IMG/VR virus record: IMGVR_UViG_3300024299_000001
Location: 1 to 64,000 of that record
Origin: a virus
Reading direction: 5' to 3' (one strand)
DNA length: 64,000 bases
Positions 24,810 through 33,238 of this stretch are shown here, piece after piece. The notes below the pieces were generated by a model. That model saw only the letters and a list, made by a program, of their open reading frames with translations. It had not been told where the DNA came from and ran no database searches. A program made the position numbers and the translations under genes. How positions within the stretch are numbered: position 1 is the first letter of the stretch; every line of letters begins with the position of its first letter.

Positions 24810-25139
24810 ATGAGACATCACTCAACACAACTACAAATCTTTAAGGCCCAAACGTACTTACAGGAACATAGAGCTGAGCTTGAAGTAATGAAGCTCGCAG
24901 ACGCCACAAGAGCAATCAACACTGCATGTGCCACAGCTGTGTCAGCGAATACAGTTAAGAACTGGTCTATTATGTTCAGCATCACATTCGCCAAGTCGTA
25001 CAACAAAGGTATGAACAAAACAAACTGTCGTATCAAAACTCTGGCCAACGCTATTGCAGAACTTTATGAGGACGTAGGTTCTAAACAGCATCCTGGAGTT
25101 GCAAAGATTCTTGAAGACTTGAATGGAGGCGACAAATGA
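24810..25139 (+). CDS. Hypothetical protein
   Basis: 109 aa with RBS AAAGGAG. Confidence 0.6.
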   Translation: MRHHSTQLQIFKAQTYLQEHRAELEVMKLADATRAINTACATAVSANTVKNWSIMFSITFAKSYNKGMNKTNCRIKTLANAIAELYEDVGSKQHPGVAKILEDLNGGDK

Positions 25140-25324
25140 ATCCAGACATAATGAAACAAGCAGGCTTTGGTGAAGAATTAAAAGCTGTTAACATGGGTAA
25201 GTGTCCTGGCTGTCACGAAGATGTAGGGCCAAACGACTTCAGAGATACACTATCACGCAAGGAGTACTTTATCTCAGGACTCTGCCAACAATGCCAAGAC
25301 AAAGTATTTGGAGGAGGTGAGTAA
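25136..25324 (+). CDS. Small zinc-ribbon protein
   Basis: 62 aa containing CPGCHEDV...CQQCQDK. Confidence 0.55.
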   Translation: MNPDIMKQAGFGEELKAVNMGKCPGCHEDVGPNDFRDTLSRKEYFISGLCQQCQDKVFGGGE

Positions 25325-25467
25325 TGAATACTGCTTTATGGCAAAAATGGCTAAACGAAGATGTAGATGATCTTAAAGAGGCTTTACTATACTACGGTAT
25401 AACTGGAATCCTGGCTCGCTTTGAAGATTGGTTAAAGTTTAACAAACACTTAATAAAGGAGGACTAA
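25324..25467 (+). CDS. Small protein (47 aa; hand-called), paralog of 33503..33655
   Basis: MNTALWQKWLNEDVDDLKEALLYYGITGILARFEDWLKFN aligns with MDESLYDKWVEEEIEDMQTALLHRGVDGLFFEFERWVKEN. It has TAATG overlaps at both ends. Confidence 0.5.
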   Translation: MNTALWQKWLNEDVDDLKEALLYYGITGILARFEDWLKFNKHLIKED

Positions 25468-26660
25468 TGCACAGTAAGTATTCACCCTCACAACTACCTA
25501 GGATCGTAACATGTCCAGGAAGTGTGATTAGTACAAAGGACGTATCAAAAGAGACTTCTTCATACGCTGAGGAAGGTACAATGCTGCATGCTGTAGTGGA
25601 AGAATGTTTGACTCTGAATGAGCACACAATACCAGAGGCCACGAAACTGAACTTCAACATCGCTGATGATGAGAGCAAGGAACTTGTTGAGGCAGTCCAA
25701 GAAGTACTAGACTGGGTTGTATCTCTACGACTGAAGTACGCTGACTATGAAGATGCGTATGAAGTAGTAGAGCAGCGAGTGTACATGTCACCGTACATCA
25801 AGGCAACAGGTTGTCAGATGCTCAATGATGTACACGGCACACTTGACTACTCCTTCATCATACCATCTGCAGGAGTTGTGTACATCGTAGACTGGAAATT
25901 TGGTAAAGGAGTAGAGGTGTGGCCAGACTCAGAGCAACTATACGCCTATGCTCTTGGCAAGTTAGCGTCCGTGAAGTTCGAAGTCAAGAAAGTATTTCTG
26001 GTCATTGGACAACCAAGATTATATTCAGGTGAACTATTCAAGATTGTTGAAACTACACCTGAAGCACTTAAGTCTTGGTTAGTGTCATCCCTGGTTCCTG
26101 CACTGAACAACAGCATGTCTAAGCACCCAATCTATAAGCCAACAGAGAAGGCTTGTATGTGGTGCGCGATAAAACGTACATGTAAGTATCGTAAAGACAT
26201 GGCGATGCAAGCTGCAGCAGATGTATTTAAGATTCACGCAAAGCTGCCTGACAAAACAGACGATGAAGAGTTATCAGACTTCTTATTCAAGCTACCTGAC
26301 TTAAAGAAGTACATTAGCGACATTGAGTTATATGCTATGAACATCTTAAGAGCAGGTCGTGACCTTCCTAAATGGAAACTTGTTGCAGGACGCAGCATTC
26401 GCAAATGGAAGGATGAAAAAGAAGCTAAGTTATTTTATGCAAACTTGGAAGAGTATGATGCCGAAGACCTTACTATCACCAAGTTCAAGAGTCCTACACA
26501 GATTGAGAAACTGGTAGGGAAGAAAAATGTTACAGAAGAAATGCTGGCGTTAGTGGTTAAGCCACCTGGCAAGCCAACGCTAGTACGTGAGACTGATAAA
26601 CGCCCCGCACTCGAGTTTGAGACAGCAGAAGATAAGTTCAAATCATATGTGGAAGATTAA
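25467..26660 (+). CDS. PD-(D/E)XK nuclease, DUF2800/Cas4-like (C-terminal Cys cluster)
   Basis: VYIVDWKFGKG is the D..K core and CMWCAIKRTCKY is the cysteine cluster. It sits in the typical neighbourhood with a DUF2815 SSB and a PolA. Confidence 0.75.
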   Translation: MHSKYSPSQLPRIVTCPGSVISTKDVSKETSSYAEEGTMLHAVVEECLTLNEHTIPEATKLNFNIADDESKELVEAVQEVLDWVVSLRLKYADYEDAYEVVEQRVYMSPYIKATGCQMLNDVHGTLDYSFIIPSAGVVYIVDWKFGKGVEVWPDSEQLYAYALGKLASVKFEVKKVFLVIGQPRLYSGELFKIVETTPEALKSWLVSSLVPALNNSMSKHPIYKPTEKACMWCAIKRTCKYRKDMAMQAAADVFKIHAKLPDKTDDEELSDFLFKLPDLKKYISDIELYAMNILRAGRDLPKWKLVAGRSIRKWKDEKEAKLFYANLEEYDAEDLTITKFKSPTQIEKLVGKKNVTEEMLALVVKPPGKPTLVRETDKRPALEFETAEDKFKSYVED

Positions 26661-26669
26661 GGAGGAGAT

Positions 26670-26945
26670 ATGCAAGGAGAAGGAAGTGCTAAAATGCCTA
26701 AAAAAACTATGCAAATACGTGAGCAGACTGACATACTTGAGAACAGCACTGCTACAATACTCGACCAAGTTAGTAACTTAGAAGGTCGGTTACAAGCCAT
26801 ACTGCTGCCGTCAGACTGTACTGCTGAAAATGACTCGCCAGAACCATGTCTTGTACCATTGGCTTATAAGATATGGCAAGTAAATGAAAACTTAGCACGA
26901 GTTATGACAAGACTGAGCTCGTTGACGGAAAGACTAGAGCTATGA
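26670..26945 (+). CDS. Hypothetical protein
   Basis: 91 aa with RBS AAGGAGG. Confidence 0.55.
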   Translation: MQGEGSAKMPKKTMQIREQTDILENSTATILDQVSNLEGRLQAILLPSDCTAENDSPEPCLVPLAYKIWQVNENLARVMTRLSSLTERLEL

Positions 26946-26985
26946 TGTAGCTATAAAATTATTTTCTAAAAAGTGAAAATAATTG

Positions 26986-27014
26986 TTTACTTTCCCGCAC
27001 TTTGGTGCTATTAT
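26986..27014 (+). promoter_or_regulatory. Sigma70-type promoter P5: TTTACT-17 nt-TGcTATTAT
   Basis: The -35 is at 26986-91 and the -10 at 27009-14. Confidence 0.7.
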
Positions 27015-27078
27015 AAAGATAATAAATGAATAAGAATAGTTCTTATTTTGCACTAAACAATTTAATTGGAGAAGAAGA

Positions 27079-27591
27079 ATGGCTGAAAAAATCAACAGAA
27101 GACAGCAGGTAATCGATGCAATCACAACAGGTGAAATGACAAAGAAAGAGATCGCAGAGCAGATCGGTGTCAAAGAATCAGGCATCAGTTCACAGATGAC
27201 GTACCTCAGATGGATGGGATACTTCATTATCTTTGATGACGACAAAAAACTGTCCTTCACTGATGAAGCAGGATTCGCTGACTGGGAGGCTGATAAAAAA
27301 GCCAACCGTAAAACCAAATCTACCTCAACAAAGACACCAGCTGAACAGCACGCCACGTTGACCAAGACCATCGCCAACCAGGAAAAAGCAATGGCTAAGT
27401 TTGTTGACAAACAGACCTTGCTTGCTGACGAAGAAGATGCAGATGAAGATACTGTCAATGAAGTGGATGCGAACATCACACTCCTGGATATCAAGATCAG
27501 GCGCAATGAAGCAAAACTCGACAACATTGATCTGAGTGATGAACCTGACGCTGAGCCAGAACCTGACGACGAAGACGAAGAACTTCTTTAA
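27079..27591 (+). CDS. Winged-helix protein, paralog 3, with Lys-rich middle and acidic C-terminal tail
   Basis: 170 aa. KKEIAEQIGVKESGISSQMTYLRWMGY is the shared winged-helix block. The C-terminus is DEPDAEPEPDDEDEELL. Confidence 0.65.
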   Translation: MAEKINRRQQVIDAITTGEMTKKEIAEQIGVKESGISSQMTYLRWMGYFIIFDDDKKLSFTDEAGFADWEADKKANRKTKSTSTKTPAEQHATLTKTIANQEKAMAKFVDKQTLLADEEDADEDTVNEVDANITLLDIKIRRNEAKLDNIDLSDEPDAEPEPDDEDEELL

Positions 27592-27600
27592 CTGACACTC

Positions 27601-27622
27601 GAGGGGAGGTAACACTCTCCTC
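27601..27622 (+). terminator. Hairpin GAGGGGAG-gtaaca-CTCTCCTC (weak terminator or processing site)
   Basis: 8-bp stem with one G-U pair and no U-run. Confidence 0.3.
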
Positions 27623-27646
27623 ATTCAACAATGAAAGGTTTTGCTT

Positions 27647-28321
27647 ATGGAAATAAAAGTGTACGACCAGATGACTATTGAGCTGATGCAACAGCCTAAG
27701 TATCCTGCTGAGATAATAGCCATTGCCTTGAACCTCACAATGAAGTCAGACCCTACATTTGTACCAGCAAAGTTCACTGAGAAGCTCGGTAAGTTTCTAT
27801 TGGATGCAGATCACACATCGCCACTAGAACATATCAACTACACAATACTTATTCAAAATGTATCACGATCATTCCTTGCACAGATAACACGGCACCGCAT
27901 GGGCTCCTTCACTTCTGCATCACAACATTATCAATACTATGACGACTACCCAGTCATCATGGAGAAGTATAAAGAAGAGATGGAGTTTGCCTGTCAGACT
28001 GCGTTCACTATATATCGCAGCTTAGTTGACAAGGGTGTTAGAAAAGAAGAAGCTCGGCAAGTACTACCTAATGCTGCGGCTGTTAATCTACTCTGGACTG
28101 TGAATGCACGGTCATTGATTAACTTCTTTAGGCAACGACTATGCCTGAGAAATGTTAAAGAGATGCGGATGTTTGCCCAACGGTTACTATCATTGGCTGA
28201 GCCCACCTTCCCTGAGCTCTTCAAACACGTCGGGCCGCAATGCTACGAAGGCAAGTGTAAGCAAGGTAAGATGAGCTGCGGCATTGGTCCTTGGGTTAAG
28301 TGGAATAAAAAGGAGAAGTAA
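27647..28321 (+). CDS. thyX: FAD-dependent thymidylate synthase ThyX
   Basis: RHRMGSFTSASQHY matches the ThyX RHRxxSxxxxSxRY signature with one substitution. The size fits at about 225 aa. Confidence 0.85.
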   Translation: MEIKVYDQMTIELMQQPKYPAEIIAIALNLTMKSDPTFVPAKFTEKLGKFLLDADHTSPLEHINYTILIQNVSRSFLAQITRHRMGSFTSASQHYQYYDDYPVIMEKYKEEMEFACQTAFTIYRSLVDKGVRKEEARQVLPNAAAVNLLWTVNARSLINFFRQRLCLRNVKEMRMFAQRLLSLAEPTFPELFKHVGPQCYEGKCKQGKMSCGIGPWVKWNKKEK

Positions 28322-28665
28322 TGGAAGAAATACTTGTACGAATATCTGAGTACCAAAAAGCTATGGGGTATGACTTTGAGAACATGACTCTGCAAGCTCG
28401 GATGCAGGCGTTTAGAAACTACGTATTTGCTTTAGCTGTTGAACAAGCCGAGCTTGCAACAGAGCTGCCAATTAAGCCCTGGAGACCATACAAAGATCAG
28501 CTGTACTCAGCTCCCGAAGTACTTGCTGAGGAGTGGGTAGACTGTCTGTTCTTTCTGGTCGATCAAGCCTTGGTTCTGCAGCTTCCACATGATGTGATTA
28601 GAAAAGCATTTGAAGACAAAATGACAAAAAATTATAAACGTATAAAGGACGGCTATAATGGGTAG
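28321..28665 (+). CDS. MazG-like / all-alpha NTP pyrophosphohydrolase (dimeric-dUTPase-like)
   Basis: 114 aa. The acidic helices EQAELATELPIKPW and EEWVDCLFF resemble the MazG/dUTPase_2 pattern from memory. Confidence 0.45.
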   Translation: MEEILVRISEYQKAMGYDFENMTLQARMQAFRNYVFALAVEQAELATELPIKPWRPYKDQLYSAPEVLAEEWVDCLFFLVDQALVLQLPHDVIRKAFEDKMTKNYKRIKDGYNG

Positions 28666-28888
28666 CATGACTGACAAGCAGACCAAAGAAGTTGAGGGTC
28701 ATATTAAAGATGCGTCCAGAGAAGAGTATAAGTGCAAGCTTACGATTTTGAAAGAGCAGTACTCTGTAATACTTGGTGAGAAAAGGCGGCACTTAGCTGA
28801 CGCTGCGCATTGTGATAAAGGTTTAAATAATGTTGAACTACGTTTAATCGAACTAGTGAAAGGAGGGCTTATGCATAACGGAAGATAA
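28658..28888 (+). CDS. Hypothetical protein
   Basis: 76-aa ORF in the operon. Confidence 0.5.
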   Translation: MGSMTDKQTKEVEGHIKDASREEYKCKLTILKEQYSVILGEKRRHLADAAHCDKGLNNVELRLIELVKGGLMHNGR

Positions 28889-28940
28889 GACCAAAACGGC
28901 AAACACGCAAAACTATTAAAACTTTAAACAGGAGAAACAA

Positions 28941-29489
28941 ATGATCACAGGAGAAGTTATTATAAGCTACCCAGCTATCTGGGAGCCAAAAGCAAACCCA
29001 AGTGGTGCGATGAAATTTTCTTGCTCAGTTCTTATTGATAAGAAAGACAAAGCCACAGTTAAAGACTTCCAAGACGCTATTGCCAAAGCCACTGCAAAGG
29101 GCAAAGGTTCTATTTGGAACAACAAAATACCAAACTTCAGGTACAAACCATTGAGAGACGGCGATGAAGAACTCGAGTCTGGTGAGAAGACAGACAAAGT
29201 GTACAAAGGTAAGTACTTCATCAACTGCTCCTCAAATGACGCTCCAGGAGTTGTAGGTCCTGATGCTAAACCACTCATGGATCAAGATGAGCTATATGCA
29301 GGCTGTATTGTACGCCTCGATGTGAACCCGTTCCCGTACAAAAACTCAGGTAACTCAGGGATTGGGTGGGGTCTAAATAATTTAATGCTTGTAAGAGAAG
29401 GCCCAAGACTCGACGGGCGACAAAGAGCTGTGGACGCGTTTGGCTCTTATGCGTCTAATGAAGTTAATGACGAAAATGATTTAATGTAG
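28941..29489 (+). CDS. ssDNA-binding protein, DUF2815 type
   Basis: VIISYPAIWEPKANPSG..KFSCSVLIDKKDKATVKDFQDAI is the typical DUF2815 N-terminus. The C-terminal tail is acidic. Confidence 0.7.
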   Translation: MITGEVIISYPAIWEPKANPSGAMKFSCSVLIDKKDKATVKDFQDAIAKATAKGKGSIWNNKIPNFRYKPLRDGDEELESGEKTDKVYKGKYFINCSSNDAPGVVGPDAKPLMDQDELYAGCIVRLDVNPFPYKNSGNSGIGWGLNNLMLVREGPRLDGRQRAVDAFGSYASNEVNDENDLM

Positions 29490-29495
29490 TACTAC

Positions 29496-29524
29496 GAAGG
29501 GGAGTGGCTGTTACACTCCCCTTC
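29496..29524 (+). terminator. Hairpin gaaGGGGAGTG-gctgtta-CACTCCCCttc
   Basis: 11-bp stem after the SSB stop, with a weak T-tract (TTCAATTTA). Confidence 0.5.
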
Positions 29525-29556
29525 AATTTAACCACGAATATACACTTTTTACGCTT

Positions 29557-29606
29557 AGCACCAATTAATTCCAGCTATTTACTTCTTGGTGTTTTGGTGA
29601 TATAAT
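29557..29606 (+). promoter_or_regulatory. Sigma70-type promoter cassette P6
   Basis: The -35 TTTACT is at 29578-83, the spacer is 17 nt, and TGaTATAAT places the -10 at 29601-06. A CACCAATT box lies upstream. Confidence 0.8.
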
Positions 29607-29661
29607 TATTATATAAGTGAAAGAAGTATCTTTCATACAACACTTAACGAGGAGTGACACT

Positions 29662-30339
29662 ATGCATGAACTAAATCGCATCAACAAACAAATCTTTGAC
29701 TTACAGGCCCATAAGCGTCAGATTAAAGAAGCAATCCAGGTCATTGATACAAGCAACATGACCAAGCAAGAGATCATCGACAAAGCCATGACACTGCCCG
29801 AGATACCAGAGCATCTCTGGGAAGCTATGCAAGACTTCGGTTTTCAGACAGGCTCCTCAGTATTTGGCAATATAAACACTCCATCAGATATTGACTGGGT
29901 CGTGAACCTCCCAGCCTATGCCTTCTATTATTCTGGTTGTGCCTTAACGTGTGGCAAAATACAGGCCAACTACATTGACGAAGGCAGCAAAGACTTTGTT
30001 CCGTTCTATGCAAACAAAGACGGTAAGCTATACAACATCATCTGCATCGGAAGTTACTACAAGCTGGAAGCGTGGAAAGAAACCACAAGGATTATGACTG
30101 ACTTATCTAACTATGACGCACTTAAAGACATCATGAAGACTAAGTGGAAACGTGTCAGGTTGTTCAGAGCCTTGACTGACGTCTTTGAGCCTGTCAAACC
30201 GCTGTATCATCGTCTTGATATCGCAGAAGCTCATCAATATGACATATGCTGCAGCTGTGGTCGTGAAGCCGTGAACTTTACATGCAAGGCTGCCAAGGAT
30301 CATTACAAGGCAACAGGTGTTTGTGAGAGGTGTGCATAA
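29662..30339 (+). CDS. Pol-beta-superfamily nucleotidyltransferase-like protein with C-terminal Cys cluster
   Basis: TGSSVFGNINTPSDIDWVV fits G[GS]-x9-13-DhDh. The C-terminus is CCSCGREAVNFTC...CERC. The start is set at MHELNR (RBS GAGGAG), because the ORF-track GTG start overlaps the transcription start. Confidence 0.55.
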   Translation: MHELNRINKQIFDLQAHKRQIKEAIQVIDTSNMTKQEIIDKAMTLPEIPEHLWEAMQDFGFQTGSSVFGNINTPSDIDWVVNLPAYAFYYSGCALTCGKIQANYIDEGSKDFVPFYANKDGKLYNIICIGSYYKLEAWKETTRIMTDLSNYDALKDIMKTKWKRVRLFRALTDVFEPVKPLYHRLDIAEAHQYDICCSCGREAVNFTCKAAKDHYKATGVCERCA

Positions 30340-30650
30340 TGGATGTTAAAGAAACTTTGAAGGAAAGACAAGGCACACACGGCGCCTTTAGTGAGAACGC
30401 TGTGGCGTCTCAAGCCTTAAAGACTACTATCACTAACCAGAAAAGTACTCATGTGTACCTAGACGCCGTACAACAAGAAGTGCTGGATGTTATATGTGCC
30501 AAGATTGCACGAATCATAACAGGCGATCCAGACCATACTGACTCATGGCACGATATAGCTGGCTATGCTATGCTTGCGGAGCAAGATATAACTGATAAGT
30601 ATAAAGACACAGGCAAAGAACCATGGGTAGGACACGTAGATGAACAGTAA
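30339..30650 (+). CDS. Hypothetical protein (DUF6378-like pattern)
   Basis: RQGTHGAFSENA...KIARIITGDPDHTDSWHDIAGYAMLA resembles a small family commonly found next to phage polymerases. This is from memory only. Confidence 0.35.
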   Translation: MDVKETLKERQGTHGAFSENAVASQALKTTITNQKSTHVYLDAVQQEVLDVICAKIARIITGDPDHTDSWHDIAGYAMLAEQDITDKYKDTGKEPWVGHVDEQ

Positions 30651-32604
30651 ACTCTGGCTTGACTTTGAGTCGTACAGCGAAGTGGACCTGCGAAAGCATG
30701 GCTCACTTCGCTATGCACATCATGAGTCAACAAACGTAATTTGTCTAGGGTACGCTTTCGACGATGAACTTACACAACTGTGGACTCCTGCTCAAGAGTT
30801 TCCAGAAGCTATACGTGCATACATGGAGAATGGAGGACCTGTGTATGCACACAATGCGATATTTGACTACCGTATATGGAATGAAGTGTTAGTTCCGTCC
30901 TTTGATGAAATCCCCACCATGTCTCTACATCAGTGTGTAGACACCGCTGCGCTTTGTCTTACCTACACACTCCCAGCATCTCTGGCTAAAGCTGGTGCTG
31001 CGTTGAACATTAGCTTACCAAAACTTGAAGAGGGTGTGAGACTAATCAACAAGTGTTGCAAGCCTAACAAAGCTGGCGAGCAGCCATCATACTTTGATAT
31101 ACCTGATACTTTCAAAGAACTATTCATGTACTGTAAAAGAGACGTTGACGCAATGCGTGAGATTGTCAACACTCTACCTCGGCAAGAGCTGCTTCCTATA
31201 GAACAAGAAGTATGGGAACTCACTGCCAGCATGAATAGAACTGGACTACCTGTTGACATACGTACTGTACGAAATGTCTTAGCGTACTTAAACAAGTATG
31301 TTAAAACAGAGATGTCCAAGGTTGCTACTATCACTGGGGGTCGTATACAGACTGTTGGTCAAACACAGAAGATAAGAGACTGGTGTGAAGAGAAAGGTGT
31401 TGTACTACCTAACTTACAAGCACCAACAGTTGCTGAAGCTATATCAGATGAACGTCTGCCAGAAGAAGTACTTAGCCTATTGAAGCTTAGACAAGAACTT
31501 GGTAGAACATCTACAGCCAAGTTTAAGAAGATCAAAGAACTTGAGATGGATGGTTACGTACACGATAACATTCAGTACCATGGAAGTAACACTGGTCGAT
31601 GGGCTGGTCGAGGCTTCCAGATGCATAACTTGCCTCGTGCCAAAGTTCCTAACCCAGAGCACTATATAGAGATGTTTAAAAGTAAGAAGATTATAGATGA
31701 TCCAGTTACGATCGGAAAAGCTCTTATAAGGCCTATGATCTTAGCTCCTAAAGGTATGATGCTTATGGTATCAGATTATAGTTCTATTGAGAATAGGATA
31801 CTAGCATGGCTTGCTGGAGACACTCATACACTAGATGTTTTTAGACAAGGCTTAGATCAATATAAGGACATGGCAACGCATCTTTATAAAGTAGAGTATG
31901 ACGACGTTACCAAAGCACAGCGCCAGATGGCCAAGATGGTGGTTTTGGGATGCGGCTACCAAATGGGCTGGCGAAGGTTTAAAGAATCAGCTCAAGACTG
32001 GGACGTGTATCTAACAGACGAAGAAGCCAAGCATATAGTGGACATGTATCGAGAGAAGTACGACCTCATTGTAGACATGTGGAACGACCTGAAGCTAGCA
32101 GGTATCAGAGCTATAATAACTGGTAAGAAACAAACCTTTGGTCAACTGAATCTAGGTACAGCACGTGTCAATGGTATACGATGGCTGGCGATGCAACTCC
32201 CTTCTGGAAAGAGCATCTATTATATGAACCCAAGTGTGCAAGAGAAGTACATCCCTGGGTATGAGACGATGGGTAAGGTGCCTACTATCATGCACTGGGG
32301 AGTAAATCCATACAGCAAGAAATGGAGTGAACTTAAAGTAACTCCTGGTCGACTGACTGAGAATGCAACACAAGCCACAGCTCGTGAAGTTATGGCATAT
32401 GGTATGCTGAATGTCCAGAAGAATATGCCTGAGGCTACACTGATAGGAACAGTACACGATGAGGCGTTAAGTTTGATTGATGAGAAACTCGCTGTGTCAG
32501 AAACCATGGATAAGTTTAACCTTGAGTTGTGCACTGTACCATGGGCTAAGGACTGTCCTCTGGCAGCAGAAGGATACTTTGAGAAACGTTATAAGAAAGA
32601 CTAA
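30640..32604 (+). CDS. Family A DNA polymerase with 3'-5' exonuclease domain
   Basis: The exonuclease motifs are LDFESYS, HNAIFDYRI and YCKRDVDAM. The polymerase motifs are A (DYSSIENRILAWLAGD), B (RQMAKMVVLGCGYQMG) and C (VHDEAL). Confidence 0.92.
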   Translation: MNSKLWLDFESYSEVDLRKHGSLRYAHHESTNVICLGYAFDDELTQLWTPAQEFPEAIRAYMENGGPVYAHNAIFDYRIWNEVLVPSFDEIPTMSLHQCVDTAALCLTYTLPASLAKAGAALNISLPKLEEGVRLINKCCKPNKAGEQPSYFDIPDTFKELFMYCKRDVDAMREIVNTLPRQELLPIEQEVWELTASMNRTGLPVDIRTVRNVLAYLNKYVKTEMSKVATITGGRIQTVGQTQKIRDWCEEKGVVLPNLQAPTVAEAISDERLPEEVLSLLKLRQELGRTSTAKFKKIKELEMDGYVHDNIQYHGSNTGRWAGRGFQMHNLPRAKVPNPEHYIEMFKSKKIIDDPVTIGKALIRPMILAPKGMMLMVSDYSSIENRILAWLAGDTHTLDVFRQGLDQYKDMATHLYKVEYDDVTKAQRQMAKMVVLGCGYQMGWRRFKESAQDWDVYLTDEEAKHIVDMYREKYDLIVDMWNDLKLAGIRAIITGKKQTFGQLNLGTARVNGIRWLAMQLPSGKSIYYMNPSVQEKYIPGYETMGKVPTIMHWGVNPYSKKWSELKVTPGRLTENATQATAREVMAYGMLNVQKNMPEATLIGTVHDEALSLIDEKLAVSETMDKFNLELCTVPWAKDCPLAAEGYFEKRYKKD

Positions 32605-32640
32605 AGGAAAATAAAAAAATGCTTAATCCTTTTAAAAAAG
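32603..32640. repeat. Direct repeat copy 1 (AAAGGAAAATAAAAA(AA)TGCTTAATCCTTTTAAAAAAG)
   Basis: It covers the RBS region plus the first 7 codons (MLNPFKK). Confidence 0.85.
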
Positions 32641-32933
32641 CGATGCTTGAATGTGATGATCAGGATGGAAAAGAAAGACTGTGGGGATGGTTTGAATTAA
32701 GTTATGCCAGTTTTTTAGTTATTCCAAGAGTTTTGATGCACTCGATGCCCGATGATTGGCAGAACCAAATGGCTTCCTTGCTTGAAGAATATCAAGACAC
32801 CTTTCCAAACCAACCTCATATCGGAACAAGGGTTCAGGCCACAAAGAACGGCAAGCTTACTAAAATGCCAGAATTTTTAAAAAACTATCGGCACCCTGAT
32901 CATAGGGTTATCGAAAAGATGAAAGGAAAATAA
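32619..32933 (+). CDS. Hypothetical protein (MLNPFKK N-terminus)
   Basis: 104-aa ORF. Confidence 0.55.
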   Translation: MLNPFKKAMLECDDQDGKERLWGWFELSYASFLVIPRVLMHSMPDDWQNQMASLLEEYQDTFPNQPHIGTRVQATKNGKLTKMPEFLKNYRHPDHRVIEKMKGK

Positions 32934-32957
32934 AAATGCTTAATCCTTTTAAAAAAG
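32923..32957. repeat. Direct repeat copy 2
   Basis: Same block as 32603..32640, minus 2 A residues. Confidence 0.85.
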
Positions 32958-33211
32958 AACGCTTCATAGTTTGGCACAATGATACTGCTGATCGTGTGAT
33001 TGTTGAAAGAAATTGGTTTCAACGGTTGTTGTATCCTATTTGTTTTGCAACTTGTACCGAAATTATGAAGTCAAGCCAGATTAAAATAAAAATAGATTCT
33101 GCTGAAAAGTTTGTTGAGCATATAAAATCACATCTTGCCGATGATGAATATGTAGTTTGTAAGATATGTGGAAAATCCGTTGAAGAAATATATATAGATT
33201 CAACTAACTAA
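32936..33211 (+). CDS. Hypothetical Cys-containing protein (MLNPFKK N-terminus)
   Basis: 91-aa ORF. Confidence 0.55.
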   Translation: MLNPFKKERFIVWHNDTADRVIVERNWFQRLLYPICFATCTEIMKSSQIKIKIDSAEKFVEHIKSHLADDEYVVCKICGKSVEEIYIDSTN

Positions 33212-33238
33212 TATATATAATTTAAAGAGGTGGTTATT

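Noticed and set aside
26940-27527. 195-aa minus-strand ORF
   Set aside because: It is antisense to the winged-helix paralog 3 gene and to promoter P5. Its composition is low-complexity Ser/Leu-rich, it has no RBS, and it sits in a region where every supported gene is on the plus strand.
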